50,253 bases of DNA from Gemmatimonadota bacterium (GTDB lineage Bacteria > Latescibacterota > UBA2968 > UBA8231). This document shows, one piece after another, positions 9,498 through 20,524 of this stretch. Below the pieces are notes generated by a model. The model did no database searches, was not told the DNA's origin, and was given only the letters and a program-made list of their open reading frames with translations. The DNA is taken from the NCBI GenBank assembly GCA_038128265.1, contig JAYPJE010000030.1, positions 1-50,253 on the forward strand, given 5' to 3'. The number at the start of each line of letters is the position of its first letter. Position 1 is the stretch's first letter. A program made the translations under genes and the position numbers.

Positions 9498-11072
9498 CTA
9501 TGAAGAGCAGGACAGCATGGAGCACCCGGCGCGATGCCGCGCCCACTCGGGCCGCTTTTGCGCGTGCTGTTCGTTTTCCGGCTGCTCGTCGTAGGGGTGG
9601 CGCAGAACGTCTAACAGCTCGTTTACGAGAGAAAAATCGCCCTCTTCCGCCCGGTCGATGGCCAGCTGCGCTATGTAGTTTCGCAGCACGTACTTCGGGT
9701 TGACTGCATTCATTTTCACAGCGCGTCCCGACGGCACCCCAGCGCAGTAGGCGCGCAGCCAAGCGCACAGCCGCTGCTTGTACTCATCCGTCAGCTCTTC
9801 CGGCGCATAGTAGGCTGCCAGCAGCGGTGCCATCAGGTCGGCATCGTCACCGCCCACTGCGTTCTCCGCGTCGACTTTGGCCAATCCGCGAAAAAAGAGC
9901 GTCATATCGGTTTCGACCAGTGGCAGTATAGCGTGTAATTCTGCCGCTAGGGCAGCGTCATAGCCGGCCAGTCCCAGCTTCTGTGCCAGCATATCGCGCC
10001 ACTGTCGCTCGTACTCAGCGCGGTAGGAGTCGAGAATGGACTGCACCGATTCGACGTCTTCGACTACCGGTAGAATGGCCTGTCCCAGCTGTGCCAGGTT
10101 CCAGTGGGCGATGGGCGACTGGTAGCCAAAGCGGTAGCGTCGTCCGCCGGCATCGGTGGTGTTGGGCGTCCAATCGGGATCGTAGTTTTCCAGCCAACCA
10201 TAGGGGCCGTAGTCGATGGTCAGTCCGAGAATGGACATATTGTCCGTGTTCATTACGCCGTGCACAAAGCCCACGCGCATCCAGTGCGCCATTAGCAGAG
10301 CCGTGCTATGCACGACTTCCTCATACCATCGCAGATAGATTTCCTGCGATGGGGCACCCAGATGGGGGAAATCGGTGCAAATGGTGTGGTCGATCAGCTG
10401 CTGAAGCACCTCGTGCTCGCGCCGTGCGGCAAAGATTTGAAACGAGCCAAAGCGGGTAAAAGAAGGGGCGACGCGGCAAACGACGGCGCCGGGCTCGGCT
10501 TTGGGGTGACCGTCGTAAAACATGTCGCGCACCACGTCCTCGCCGGTGGTTACCAGGCTCAGCGCGCGCGTCGTCGGCACGCCCAGATGGTACATAGCTT
10601 CGCTGCAGAGGAACTCGCGCACCGAAGAGCGCAGCACGGCCAAGCCGTCGGCCGTGCGCGAGTAGGGCGTAGGGCCGGCCCCTTTGAGCTGCAGCATCCA
10701 GCGCTGTCCCTGTGCGTTGACGATTTCGCCGAGGTTGATCGCTCGTCCGTCGCCCAGCTGGCCGGCCCAGTTGCCAAATTGGTGGCCGCCGTAGCAGGCG
10801 GCGTGGGGGTCCATAGCGGGCAGGAGGCGGTTGCCGGCAAAGACTTCGGCAAACTCGGGCGTTTCGCAGAGCGCAGGAGAGAGGCCGAGAAACGCGGCTA
10901 CCTCGTTGGAATAGGCGACCAGACGCGGTTGGGCAACGGGCGTGGGGTGCACGCGCGAATAGCATGCTGCCTGCACTTGGCGCACGTAATTGTCTGCGAT
11001 GGGATCGGCCGGCAATGCGCTGGTGAAGCGATTGTCAAAGTTCAGGGCCTGTTCGAGTGGTTCGATGCGCAT
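9498..11072 (-). CDS. selO: Protein adenylyltransferase SelO (YdiU)
   Basis: [43 protein letters not shown]-terminal CSMLSCSS. Confidence 0.95.
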   Translation of the reverse strand: MRIEPLEQALNFDNRFTSALPADPIADNYVRQVQAACYSRVHPTPVAQPRLVAYSNEVAAFLGLSPALCETPEFAEVFAGNRLLPAMDPHAACYGGHQFGNWAGQLGDGRAINLGEIVNAQGQRWMLQLKGAGPTPYSRTADGLAVLRSSVREFLCSEAMYHLGVPTTRALSLVTTGEDVVRDMFYDGHPKAEPGAVVCRVAPSFTRFGSFQIFAARREHEVLQQLIDHTICTDFPHLGAPSQEIYLRWYEEVVHSTALLMAHWMRVGFVHGVMNTDNMSILGLTIDYGPYGWLENYDPDWTPNTTDAGGRRYRFGYQSPIAHWNLAQLGQAILPVVEDVESVQSILDSYRAEYERQWRDMLAQKLGLAGYDAALAAELHAILPLVETDMTLFFRGLAKVDAENAVGGDDADLMAPLLAAYYAPEELTDEYKQRLCAWLRAYCAGVPSGRAVKMNAVNPKYVLRNYIAQLAIDRAEEGDFSLVNELLDVLRHPYDEQPENEQHAQKRPEWARHRAGCSMLSCSS

Positions 11073-11247
11073 GCTGATTCAGCCAGATAGAGGATTGGAT
11101 GGTCCGATGCGCGTTGGCTATGTTAATGCCGAGCCTGAGAGCGCACGGGTGTCGCAATAGATAGTATACGATTCGCGCCGTTGTGCGAAAGGTGTTGGCC
11201 CTTAGAATGACGCTGCTAGGCCAGTCCAATTAACCGGGAGAGATTCT

Positions 11248-11613
11248 ATGGTTCACAAGATCCACAAAATTGCCATTATCACCGACGATATAGAAGGCGC
11301 CGTGCAGTTCTACACGCAACAGCTTGGGCTGACAGTAATGGAGCGCTTTGCCAACGAAGACGACGAAGACTACGTCTTCCTAGACGCGGGTGGGATCATA
11401 CTCGAACTGATGCCGCAAAAAACGATGGGGGCCGAACCGGGCTTTCACCACATTTCATTCGAAGTAGACAGCGTCGACGACAGCGTGGAGGAACTCAGGG
11501 ACAAGGGCGTTGCGATTGTGAAAGAGCCGTTCGACGTAGGCAGCGGTATTCGTCTCGGCTTTTTCGAGGGACCCAACCAGATGAACCTCCAGCTCTATCG
11601 CCGCGAGAAATGA
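11248..11613 (+). CDS. VOC/glyoxalase family protein
   Basis: IHKIAI...FYTQQLGL, LELM, GFHHISFEV, FFEGP; GGGAG RBS. Confidence 0.88.
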   Translation: MVHKIHKIAIITDDIEGAVQFYTQQLGLTVMERFANEDDEDYVFLDAGGIILELMPQKTMGAEPGFHHISFEVDSVDDSVEELRDKGVAIVKEPFDVGSGIRLGFFEGPNQMNLQLYRREK

Positions 11614-11620
11614 GAGGACC

Positions 11621-12439
11621 ATGCGCATAAAACGGGCCAATCGAGAGGAGATGAAGTCGCTGTCCGGCGTGCACGGCGGGGCCGGCAGTATTCTCTTTAA
11701 CTCGCTGTGGGACCGGGCCGATTTCGAGACGCCCTTTGCCTTTGTTCACTGCGCGGTCTTGCCGCCGGGTACGGGCATCGGCTACCATCGGCACGACGAC
11801 AGCGAGGAGGTTTTCATCACCGCCGACAATGCGGCGCAGTTTACCCACAACGGCCGTACGGCCAGCGTCGAGGGCGGCGCGACAGTGCCTCTGCGCTCGG
11901 GTGAGATTCACGCCATATACAACCACACGCAAAGCGAGACGCGCTGGTTTAACGTGCACTGCGTGGTGCCTGGCGGCACGCCAAAGTCGACGGATTTGGG
12001 CGACGATCGAGCCAATGCCGAACTGGAATCAACGGATCGAATACCGCTTGGTCGCCTTGATCGCAGCGCGCTGCAGTACCGTCAGATACACGGCGGCAAA
12101 GGAGCAGTGGGCCGTCGCCAGCTGTGGGGGCCGGCCGATTTTCGCAGCAACTTCTATGCGCTGACGCACTACCTGCTGCCACCGGATACGAGCATTGGCT
12201 ACCATCGCCACGACGGCGTTGAGGAGTGCTATATTGTCCTGGCCGGCAGCGGTCGAGCGACAGTCGACGGCCAAACGGCCGACGTGGGCCAGTGGGACGC
12301 GCTACCCAATCGCCTCGGCGGTGCCCACGGCCTCTACAACAGCGGCACCGAGCCGCTTGAGCTACTGGTCGTTACCGTGTCGGCTGAAAAGGGCCAGTTT
12401 GACGCAGCGGATTTAGATGATGATCTGAGCGCGCGCTGA
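11621..12439 (+). CDS. Bicupin (two cupin domains)
   Basis: Duplicated HGG.G...LW...DF and LPP.T.IGYHRH...EE...H.(I/L)YN motifs; GAGG RBS. Confidence 0.85.
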   Translation: MRIKRANREEMKSLSGVHGGAGSILFNSLWDRADFETPFAFVHCAVLPPGTGIGYHRHDDSEEVFITADNAAQFTHNGRTASVEGGATVPLRSGEIHAIYNHTQSETRWFNVHCVVPGGTPKSTDLGDDRANAELESTDRIPLGRLDRSALQYRQIHGGKGAVGRRQLWGPADFRSNFYALTHYLLPPDTSIGYHRHDGVEECYIVLAGSGRATVDGQTADVGQWDALPNRLGGAHGLYNSGTEPLELLVVTVSAEKGQFDAADLDDDLSAR

Positions 12440-12448
12440 AAAGATGCC

Positions 12449-12490
12449 GGCGTGTTCTGGGACGGTTGCTCTCAGAACACGCCTATTTTT
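12449..12490 (+). terminator. Intrinsic terminator after VOC-cupin operon
   Basis: GGCGTGTTCTG / CAGAACACGCC stem followed by TATTTTT; lies between convergent genes. Confidence 0.75.
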
Positions 12491-12498
12491 AACGCTCG

Positions 12499-13623
12499 TT
12501 AGTCAAAAAAACCCAGTATATCGACGGCGTTTTCTCTGGCTACGTCTTCGTCCAGAGTCAGGCCCAGGCCGGGCTTTTCTCCGGTGGCGATGTGGCCGTC
12601 TTCAATCAGTGGTCCTTCTACCACCAGATTTTCCCATACGGCGTTGTCCAAGTGGTGAAACTCCAGCGCCAGAAAATTGGGCACGGCAGCGCAGACGTGC
12701 GTCATGGCAAAGGTGCCAACGGGTCCGCAGATATTGTGCGGTGCCAGCGGCATGTAGTAGAGATCGGCCATTTCGGCGATGCGCTTGCCCTCGGCTAGCC
12801 CGCCGGCCTTGGCCATGTCGGGTGAGACGATATCGGCGGCCTGCGTGTGGATCAGCTCGCGGAAGCCAAAGCGCGTATAGAAGTTTTCGCCGGTGCAGAT
12901 TGGCGTGCGCGAAGCCTCTTTGACTTTTTTCATCGCCTCGACGTTTTCGGCTGGCACCGGATCTTCCAGCCACAGCAGGTCTAGGCTTTCGAATGCCTGC
13001 GCTACTTTGATAATGTCGACCGGCGCGTAGGCCCAGTGGGCGTCGATGGCCAAATCCGTGTTGCGATCGAGCGCCTCGCGTATGGCGGTCACGACTTCGA
13101 CGTAGTGGTGAATGTGGTCGTTGCTAATGCTGCGGTTGTAGGGATCGCGGCGGTCGGGCAGCGGGTCGATATCAAACTTTATCGCCGAAAAGCCGCGTGC
13201 CTCGACTTCCTTGGCCTTTTGCGCATAGGCCTGTGGGGTTTCGTCGTCGCCGGCGTGGCAGTCGTTGTAGACGCGCACTCGGTCGCGAAAACGGCCCCCC
13301 AATAGCTGCCAGATCGGGCAGCCTAAGGCCTGTCCGGCGATATCCCACAGCGCCATTTCGATGCCGCTGATCGCGCTCATAACGGCGCCCTGATAATAGC
13401 CTGAGGCAGACATGGAACCCATCATGTCGCGAAAGAGTTTGTCGACGTTGAGCGGGTCTTGGCCGATGAGTGCGCGGGTCAGGCGCGGGTCTACTGCGAT
13501 TTGATGGACGCCGGCGCCGTGATAGGCCTCGCCGAGGCCGACTAGCCCACTGTCCGTTTTGACGCGCACCAACACCCAGGGAAAGGGCTGTAGGAGCAGC
13601 GTGCCAACGTGCGTTATTTTCAT
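12499..13623 (-). CDS. Mandelate racemase/muconate lactonizing enzyme family (acid-sugar dehydratase-like)
   Basis: AISGIEMALWDI, KFD, IDAH, WLEDP, TGEN, LAPHN, PGLG; AGGAGGAG RBS before ATG 13623. Confidence 0.9.
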   Translation of the reverse strand: MKITHVGTLLLQPFPWVLVRVKTDSGLVGLGEAYHGAGVHQIAVDPRLTRALIGQDPLNVDKLFRDMMGSMSASGYYQGAVMSAISGIEMALWDIAGQALGCPIWQLLGGRFRDRVRVYNDCHAGDDETPQAYAQKAKEVEARGFSAIKFDIDPLPDRRDPYNRSISNDHIHHYVEVVTAIREALDRNTDLAIDAHWAYAPVDIIKVAQAFESLDLLWLEDPVPAENVEAMKKVKEASRTPICTGENFYTRFGFRELIHTQAADIVSPDMAKAGGLAEGKRIAEMADLYYMPLAPHNICGPVGTFAMTHVCAAVPNFLALEFHHLDNAVWENLVVEGPLIEDGHIATGEKPGLGLTLDEDVARENAVDILGFFD

Positions 13624-13758
13624 AGTATCTCCTCCTGCTGGCAAAGATAGAACATATGGCTGTGCGTGCCCACACCGCTTGGCACACATACCGCATGGAT
13701 CTACATTTCACGCTGCACGAACGGTCGCGCACTGCGCACAACGCATGGGAGCACGTCG

Positions 13759-14994
13759 ATGCCCGTTACGATTAAAGACATAAAAACCATTCTCACCCGG
13801 CCTGAAGGCACTCCGCTGGCCATCGTTAAAGTGATTACTTCCGATGATGGCCTCTACGGACTGGGCTGCGCTACCTTTACGCAGCGCATTCGCGCCGTGC
13901 ACGCGGCGATCGAGGAGCATCTCAAGCCGTTTTTGCTGGGCCGCGATGTCGACGAGATCGAGCAGGTCTGGCAGATGTCCATGGTTAACAGCTACTGGCG
14001 CAACGGACCGGTGCTCAACAACGCCATTTCCGGCGTTGACCAAGCGCTGTGGGATATCAAGGGCAAGCGGGCCCATATGCCGGTATACCAGCTGCTGGGC
14101 GGCAAGTGCCGGGAGGGGGCTGCCTGCTATGCGCACGCCGACGGCAACACGCCGCAGGAGGTGGCCGAGTGCGTGCGTCGGGTGCAGGAACAGGGCTATC
14201 GCTACATCCGCGTGCAGCTGGGTGGCTACGGTGGATTGGCCGGCGATATCGTTAAGCCCGAGGGGGCGCCGGAGGGCCATTACTTCGATCGCAAGCAGTA
14301 CATGCGCGCTGCCCTTGAAATGTTCGAATGCGTGCGCAACGAGGTGGGCGATGAGGTGGAGCTGCTGCACGACGTGCACGAGCGGCTGACGCCTATTGAG
14401 GCAGTGGGTTTTGCACGCGACGTCGAGCAGTTCAAACTGTATTTCTTGGAAGATCCGCTGGCGCCGGAAGATTTGGAGTGGTTTAAGAATATTCGTCAGA
14501 GCTGCGCCACGCCGATTGCCATGGGCGAGCTATTTAACAACCCGCGCGAGTGGCAGCCGCTAATAGAAGGTCGGCTGATCGACTTTTTGCGCATGCACGT
14601 TTCGCAGATGGGAGGCATTACGCCGGCCCGACACGTGGCCGCGGTGGCTAATATGTACGGCATACGCACCGCTTGGCACGGACCGGGCGATACGTCGCCG
14701 GTAGGACACGCGGCCAACCTGCACTTAGATCTGTGGGCACCGAACTTTGGCGTGCAGGAGTGGTACCGACCCGAGTTGGCGCGTCGCAATCCACAGGGGG
14801 CCGTGCTCAACCAGCGTTCCTACGATATGTTCCCCGGCCTGCCCGAAGTGCGCAACGGTTACATGTATCCAAACGACGGCCCCGGTTTGGGGATTGATAT
14901 CGACGAGGACATGGCGGCGCGCTTTCCCCTGGCCGAACGCGTTGGTCGCGGCGAACCGGCACGGCTGCCCGACGGCACGCCCGTGCGCCCCTAG
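13759..14994 (+). CDS. Enolase superfamily dehydratase, RspA/ManD (mannonate dehydratase) subgroup
   Basis: YWRNGPV, LLHDVHERL, FLEDP, MGELF, TAWHGPGDTSPVG, NFGVQE. Confidence 0.88.
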   Translation: MPVTIKDIKTILTRPEGTPLAIVKVITSDDGLYGLGCATFTQRIRAVHAAIEEHLKPFLLGRDVDEIEQVWQMSMVNSYWRNGPVLNNAISGVDQALWDIKGKRAHMPVYQLLGGKCREGAACYAHADGNTPQEVAECVRRVQEQGYRYIRVQLGGYGGLAGDIVKPEGAPEGHYFDRKQYMRAALEMFECVRNEVGDEVELLHDVHERLTPIEAVGFARDVEQFKLYFLEDPLAPEDLEWFKNIRQSCATPIAMGELFNNPREWQPLIEGRLIDFLRMHVSQMGGITPARHVAAVANMYGIRTAWHGPGDTSPVGHAANLHLDLWAPNFGVQEWYRPELARRNPQGAVLNQRSYDMFPGLPEVRNGYMYPNDGPGLGIDIDEDMAARFPLAERVGRGEPARLPDGTPVRP

Positions 14995-15779
14995 CGCACG
15001 GCTTCTCGCCAGTTGACGATATAGCGGCACAGCGCCTTGCCGCGCTCCGATAGGGCGTTGTAGCGCTCCAGCGGCAGCGCGTCGTCGGATCCGCCGCGGC
15101 GAAACCACGGGGCAAAATAGCCGGCGCTGGTCATAATGCGCGGGGCCTGGGCGCTGTTGGCCGTGCCGCCGTGCCAGGTGCGCACGTCGCGCACGATGGC
15201 CGTGCCGGCCGGCGCACAGACGGTGGCCGTTTTCCAGTGCTCGGGCTCGTCTTCCAGTGCGGGTGGTCGCACCCGCGTGCGCTGCGTGCCGGGCACAAAG
15301 CGGATAGCGCCGTTTTGCACCGTGAAATCCGTCATCAGGTAATTGACGACGATAAAGGGGGCCGGTAGATCGTAGATATTGACCTGTCCCTGCGGGTCGG
15401 CAATCACGTCGTTTACATCCGAGTGCAGGTGCTGGATGTTGGCTCCGGGGTGTGAATAATCGCCGCCGGCGCCAGAGCACGTATAGTCCTGGCTCTCCCA
15501 GAGGGCGTCGAGCACGGGCAGCACGGTGGGCAAATCGACGAGCATGGCCCATTCGGGATGGTGGATTTGCTGGCCAAAGGAGTAGCGCGCGTAGCCGCGA
15601 TTGGCCGATTCAAAGGGCGTGGCCTGATGCTGCTCTTGTACGATGCGCAAAGCACCTGCTTGAGCAAAGGACAGCTGCTCCGAGCTGAGCGTGCCGCTCA
15701 GGGCGACAAAGCCATCGCGCGCAAATAGCCGGCAGGCGCGCTGTATGTCGTGGCAGGGAACCAATTCGATATCGAGCAT
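14991..15779 (-). CDS. PhyH family Fe(II)/2-oxoglutarate dioxygenase
   Basis: FARDGFV, HLHSD, NGAIRFVPGT, WHGGTAN...R; GGAGGAG RBS. Confidence 0.88.
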   Translation of the reverse strand: MLDIELVPCHDIQRACRLFARDGFVALSGTLSSEQLSFAQAGALRIVQEQHQATPFESANRGYARYSFGQQIHHPEWAMLVDLPTVLPVLDALWESQDYTCSGAGGDYSHPGANIQHLHSDVNDVIADPQGQVNIYDLPAPFIVVNYLMTDFTVQNGAIRFVPGTQRTRVRPPALEDEPEHWKTATVCAPAGTAIVRDVRTWHGGTANSAQAPRIMTSAGYFAPWFRRGGSDDALPLERYNALSERGKALCRYIVNWREAVR

Positions 15780-15947
15780 GCTGCACTCCTCCGCGCAGTG
15801 CATGGACCAGGGGCGTGGGATGTAAGCCGTGCATAGTAAAGGCAAAGCGATACGTGCACGCCAGCGTTAGACCAACTGCCGGCCACGGCGCGCGGCGGGC
15901 ATAGCCCGTATTGCCACCGGCAGGGCAGGGCGATATACTTGCCCCCG

Positions 15948-17912
15948 ATGGAGACAAGCACGCTTTCTACACGCGATCGCCCCCCCACACAATCGTCTCT
16001 ACAGCGCGGAGTCTCGCGCCGGGCCGTGGGCATCGGTTTGCTCTGCTGCACGGCCATTTCTCTTGGTGAGTCCTATGGCGTGCTCGTGGTGCGTGGATCG
16101 GCCATGGCCGCCGACTACTCTACGGGCGCCGCGCTCGTTCTGTTTTTCCTCCTAACGCTGATCCTCAACCCGCTTGCGCGGCTGCTGACCGGTTCGCAGC
16201 TACACAGTCGCGAGTTGGCGACGGTCTACATTATGATGATCGTCGCTGCGGCAATCCCATCGTGGGGATTCGTGATGAACTTGATTCCCTTTTTGGGCGG
16301 CTTGTTCTACTATGCAACGCCGGAAAACGATTGGGCCAATATCATTCACCCGCACGTGGCCGACTGGCTGGTGGCGCAGGACCGCGCGGCTATACGGAAG
16401 CTCTTTGAAGGAGCGAGCCAAGGTGAGCGGGTTCCTTGGAGTCTGTGGCTACAGCCGCTGCGCGCGTGGTTTTTCTTTATTCTGAGTATCTACTTTGCCA
16501 CGCTGTGCATCTTGGTGATGCTGCGCAAACAGTGGATGGAGAACGAGCGCCTGCTCTTTCCGCTGGCGACGCTGCCGATTGAGCTAGGGCGGCAAGAATC
16601 GGGCAAATGGCTGCCGCCGCTGCTGCGCAACTATCTAACGTGGATTGGTTTTGCTCTGCCCTTTGTCGTTTACGGTATCAATGGCCTGCACTCGTACTTT
16701 AGTTTTTTCCCCTTTGTCGAACTCAACACCTACGTGCGCTTTTTGCGCAATGCGATCGGACTCAATCTGCGGCCGCGCTTTGAGGTGATCGGCCTGTCTT
16801 ACTTGCTGAGCCTAGACGTTTCCTTTGGCGTGTGGTTCTTTGCCTTTGCGGCCATACTGCATTCGGGTGTCGAACGCATGCTGGGTTGGAGCATTGGCCC
16901 CGGTCAGCCCTATTCGCTGCCGGCCACGGCGAGTGTGGCGCACTTGGCACAGGGAGCAATGTTCTTTTTGGTGTTTTCCAGCCTGTGGTCGGCTCGTCTT
17001 CACCTGCTTGCCGTCGTGCGCACGGCGTTTGGCCGCGGTCAGCCCGTCGATGACAGCGGTGAAATGTTGTCGTATCGCACGGCGGTATTCGGCTTTCTGC
17101 TGGCGTCGGTCGTGGCCGTCGTCTGGCTGGCGCAAACGGGTTTGGGCTACGGCAGCGCGCTCTTCTACTACGGGCTGTGCATGGTGACCTTTATCGGCCT
17201 GGCGCGCATTGTATCGCAGGCCGGTCTGGCCTACGGCGTATCGCCCGTAGCGCCGCCCGTTTTTATCGTCACGGCGCTGGGGCCCGGCGCGCTGGGACCT
17301 AGCGGTCTGACGGCGCTGGGGATGAACTTCCCCTGGTCGGCCGACCTGCGCACCTTTGTCATGGCTTCGGCGGCGACGGGCCTGAAGATTGCCGAAGTGA
17401 CTCGCCTCGAATCTAGGCGGCTCTTTGTGGCTATTGTACTGGCCATTTTGGTCACGCTCGTCTCGGCTACGTGGGCGGTGATGACGCACGCCTATACCTA
17501 CGGCGGCATCAATCTGGGCGGATGGGGCTTTGGCGGTCTGACTCAACTGACGGGCAACTGGATTGCCCATAATATTCTCAATCCAGAGGGTGTCTACGGC
17601 TGGCATTTGGCCTACACGGGGTTGGGCGGTGCGCTAATGGCTGCCCTGACCTATATCAAGGCGCGCTTTGTCGGCTTTCCCATTCACCCAATTGGTCTGG
17701 CCTTGGGCTATACCTATCCGATCAGCCAGATCTGGTTTTCCGTCTTTATCGCCTGGCTGCTCAAAGCAATTATTCTGAAGTATGGCGGCGCGAGAGGGTA
17801 TCGCATGCTGCGGCCTTTTTTTCTCGGCATGGTGCTAGGCGCGTTTGGCGCGGCCGGGCTGTGGCTCGTAGTTGATGCGCTGGGCGGCAACGCCAATTGG
17901 TTTACGCTGTAG
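15948..17912 (+). CDS. Polytopic membrane protein, DUF6785/DUF6784-like (putative transporter)
   Basis: More than 15 hydrophobic segments; YYATPENDW, RKQWMENERLLFPL, FPIHPIG, ILKYGG...Y...RPFFLG. Confidence 0.75.
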   Translation: METSTLSTRDRPPTQSSLQRGVSRRAVGIGLLCCTAISLGESYGVLVVRGSAMAADYSTGAALVLFFLLTLILNPLARLLTGSQLHSRELATVYIMMIVAAAIPSWGFVMNLIPFLGGLFYYATPENDWANIIHPHVADWLVAQDRAAIRKLFEGASQGERVPWSLWLQPLRAWFFFILSIYFATLCILVMLRKQWMENERLLFPLATLPIELGRQESGKWLPPLLRNYLTWIGFALPFVVYGINGLHSYFSFFPFVELNTYVRFLRNAIGLNLRPRFEVIGLSYLLSLDVSFGVWFFAFAAILHSGVERMLGWSIGPGQPYSLPATASVAHLAQGAMFFLVFSSLWSARLHLLAVVRTAFGRGQPVDDSGEMLSYRTAVFGFLLASVVAVVWLAQTGLGYGSALFYYGLCMVTFIGLARIVSQAGLAYGVSPVAPPVFIVTALGPGALGPSGLTALGMNFPWSADLRTFVMASAATGLKIAEVTRLESRRLFVAIVLAILVTLVSATWAVMTHAYTYGGINLGGWGFGGLTQLTGNWIAHNILNPEGVYGWHLAYTGLGGALMAALTYIKARFVGFPIHPIGLALGYTYPISQIWFSVFIAWLLKAIILKYGGARGYRMLRPFFLGMVLGAFGAAGLWLVVDALGGNANWFTL

Positions 17913-18052
17913 GACGCTTCGCTAGGGGAGTGGGCTCGAAGCCGTCGTCGCTGTGGCGCGCTTTCTACGGCGCGAACTTGTCAACGCACGCGTAAACCGT
18001 AATTTAGTGTCTGTCGCATTTCTTCCCATGCATAACAGGAGACCTTCACCCC

Positions 18053-19333
18053 ATGAAATTCGAAACGCTTTGCCTGCACGCCGGCCAAGAGCCGGATCCG
18101 ACGACGCTATCGCGCGGCGTGCCCGTTCACCGCACGAGTTCCTACGTATTCAAGGATACCGAACACGCTGCCAATCTGTTTGGCCTGAAGGAACTGGGCA
18201 ACATCTACACGCGCATTATGAACCCGACGCAGGACGTGCTGGAACAGCGCGTGGCTGCACTCGATAGCGGCATGGCCGCGCTGGCGCTGGCTTCGGGTAC
18301 GAGCGCCATTTTCTACAGCGTGATCAACCTGTGCCAGGCCGGTGACGAAATCGTTGCGGCCAACGACCTATACGGTGGCACCTACACGCAGTTCAACGAC
18401 ATTCTGCCGCAGTTTAATATCAAGACGCACTTTGTCGACCCCAAAGATCCGGAAAACTTCGCCAAGGCGATCACGCCCAAGACGAAGATGCTCTACTGCG
18501 AAACGGTGGGTAATCCGGCGCTCAACATCGCCGACATTTCAGCTATTGCCGATGTAGCGCACGCGCACGGACTGCCGCTGGTCGTCGACAGCACCTTTAC
18601 GACGCCCTATCTGCAGCGCCCCATCGAGCACGGTGCCGATATTGTAATACACTCGCTGACCAAGTGGCTCGGCGGCCACGGCACGGGTATCGGCGGCATC
18701 GTTGTCGACTCGGGCAAATTCGACTGGCAGTCGGATAAATTTCCGCTGATGGTCGAGCCGGAGGGCAGCTACCACGGCGTGCGCTGGGCCTACGATTTGG
18801 GTCCACTGAGCCCGCTGGCCTTTATCCTGCGCATGCGCGTCGTGCCGCTGCGCAACCTGGGCGCCTGCATCTCGCCCGACAACGCCTGGATGTTCCTGCA
18901 GGGCATTGAGACGCTGCCGCTGCGCATGGATCGCCACTGCGACAACGCCTTGGCCGTGGCCAAGCATCTGCAGGGCCACAGCGCCGTCGAGTGGGTGCGC
19001 TTCCCAGGTTTGGAAGGCGATCCTTCGCACGCGCTCAACGACAAGTATCTCGATGGCAAGGGCGGCGCCATGGTCGTATTTGGCATCAAGGGCGGTGCGG
19101 CGGCCGGCAGCAAGTTTATCGACGAACTCGGTCTCTTTTCGCATTTGGCCAACGTTGGCGACGCCAAGAGTTTGGCCATCCACCCGTCGACCACCACGCA
19201 TTCGCAGCTCGGTGAAGAGCAGCAGCGCGCCGGTGGTATTACGCCTGAATTGGTACGCCTGTCGGTCGGCTTGGAAAACGCCGACGACTTGGTCGCCGAT
19301 ATCGATCAAGCGCTGGCCAAAGCAACGGCCTGA
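18053..19333 (+). CDS. metY: O-acetylhomoserine aminocarboxypropyltransferase (sulfhydrylase)
   Basis: [25 protein letters not shown] (PLP lysine), [25 protein letters not shown]. Confidence 0.93.
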   Translation: MKFETLCLHAGQEPDPTTLSRGVPVHRTSSYVFKDTEHAANLFGLKELGNIYTRIMNPTQDVLEQRVAALDSGMAALALASGTSAIFYSVINLCQAGDEIVAANDLYGGTYTQFNDILPQFNIKTHFVDPKDPENFAKAITPKTKMLYCETVGNPALNIADISAIADVAHAHGLPLVVDSTFTTPYLQRPIEHGADIVIHSLTKWLGGHGTGIGGIVVDSGKFDWQSDKFPLMVEPEGSYHGVRWAYDLGPLSPLAFILRMRVVPLRNLGACISPDNAWMFLQGIETLPLRMDRHCDNALAVAKHLQGHSAVEWVRFPGLEGDPSHALNDKYLDGKGGAMVVFGIKGGAAAGSKFIDELGLFSHLANVGDAKSLAIHPSTTTHSQLGEEQQRAGGITPELVRLSVGLENADDLVADIDQALAKATA

Positions 19334-19340
19334 GGCAGAG

Positions 19341-20510
19341 TTGCCCTTTCAGCAACGCGATGAACGTGGAGTCGGGTCCGTCGCGACCCGACTCCCCCCT
19401 GTTGCCTGCCCACAGCCCCGCGTGCTGCGCAGCGGCGCGGCGTTTGGGCCGGTGACGCTGTCCTACGAGACGCACGGCCAGCTCAACGCCAACCGCGATA
19501 ATGCCATCCTGATCTTTCACGCCCTGTCTGGCAGTCACCACGTGGCCGGTCACACGACGGCCGTGCCCGGTGTGGGTGCGCGCTGGAACGAAGAGTGTCA
19601 CGTGGGCTGGTGGGATCGCTTTGTCGGCCCGGGCAAGGCGGTCGATACGGATCGCTTCTTCGTCGTATGCGCCAATTATTTGGGAGGGTGCTATGGCTCT
19701 ACCGGTCCGTCGTCGATTGATCCGCAGAGCGGACGGCCGTACGGCGCGCGCTTTCCGCACATTCGCGTGGCCGACGTGGTCGACGCGCAAATGCACCTGC
19801 TCGATCATTTGGGTATTGAGAAACTGCACGCGGTGATTGGCGCTTCGCTCGGTGGGTTGATGTGCATGAGCTTGGCTACGCGCTACCCCGATCGGGTAGG
19901 TATCGTCATTCCCATCGCCGCCAGTCTCGACGTCAAGCCGCTGCAGCGCATCCACAATTTTGAGCAGATTTGTGCCATAGAACAGGATCCACACTTTTGC
20001 GGCGGTGATTACTACGACGGCCCTGCGCCAGAGCGCGGTCTGGCACTGGCGCGCATGATTAGTCACAAGACCTACGTGTCTCTGCACACGATGGAAGACC
20101 GCGCGCGCCAGGAAGTGCAGGGCGATGGCGACCGGTTTTCCTGGTATCCGCTGGCCGATCCGCTCGAGTCGTATATGTTGCACCAGGGGCGCAAGTTTAT
20201 CGAGCGTTTTGATGCCAACAGCTACGTGCGCATCGTCGATATGTGGCAGCGCTTTGACCTATTGGCCGAGGCCGGCGCGGACTCTCTGGACGCGCTCTTT
20301 GCCCGCTGTCGAGCGCAAAACTACCTGATCTTTAGCATTGATTCAGATGTGTGTTTTTATCCGGAAGAGCAGGAAGAAATGGCCCGCGTGCTCAAAGAAG
20401 CGGGCGTCTACAACATGCGCATTACGGTGCACTCAGAGAAGGGCCACGATTCGTTCCTGCTAGAGCCCGAACTGTTCACACCCCACTTATCCCACGCGCT
20501 AAACGCCTAG
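19341..20510 (+). CDS. metX: Homoserine O-acyltransferase, MetX family
   Basis: YETHG, FHALSG, GWW, CANYLGGCYGSTGP, GASLGG, RFDANSY, GHDSFL; start uncertain, TTG at 19341 chosen, just after the metY stop. Confidence 0.88.
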   Translation: MPFQQRDERGVGSVATRLPPVACPQPRVLRSGAAFGPVTLSYETHGQLNANRDNAILIFHALSGSHHVAGHTTAVPGVGARWNEECHVGWWDRFVGPGKAVDTDRFFVVCANYLGGCYGSTGPSSIDPQSGRPYGARFPHIRVADVVDAQMHLLDHLGIEKLHAVIGASLGGLMCMSLATRYPDRVGIVIPIAASLDVKPLQRIHNFEQICAIEQDPHFCGGDYYDGPAPERGLALARMISHKTYVSLHTMEDRARQEVQGDGDRFSWYPLADPLESYMLHQGRKFIERFDANSYVRIVDMWQRFDLLAEAGADSLDALFARCRAQNYLIFSIDSDVCFYPEEQEEMARVLKEAGVYNMRITVHSEKGHDSFLLEPELFTPHLSHALNA

Positions 20511-20524
20511 GCGTATCGCTCTGA

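Noticed and set aside
9498..9520. Selenocysteine at the SelO C-terminus
   Set aside because: Codons are TGC TCT TCA TAG, giving Cys and a TAG stop with no in-frame TGA
17913..18052. SAM/SAH riboswitch upstream of metY
   Set aside because: No recognisable SAM-I/II or SAH consensus elements by eye; an Rfam cmscan would settle it
18906..19340. Open frame extending metX about 145 codons upstream into metY (possible frameshift fusion)
   Set aside because: The extension is low-complexity Arg/Pro/Ser-rich shadow sequence, metY has a normal C-terminus and stop, and no slippery site is evident
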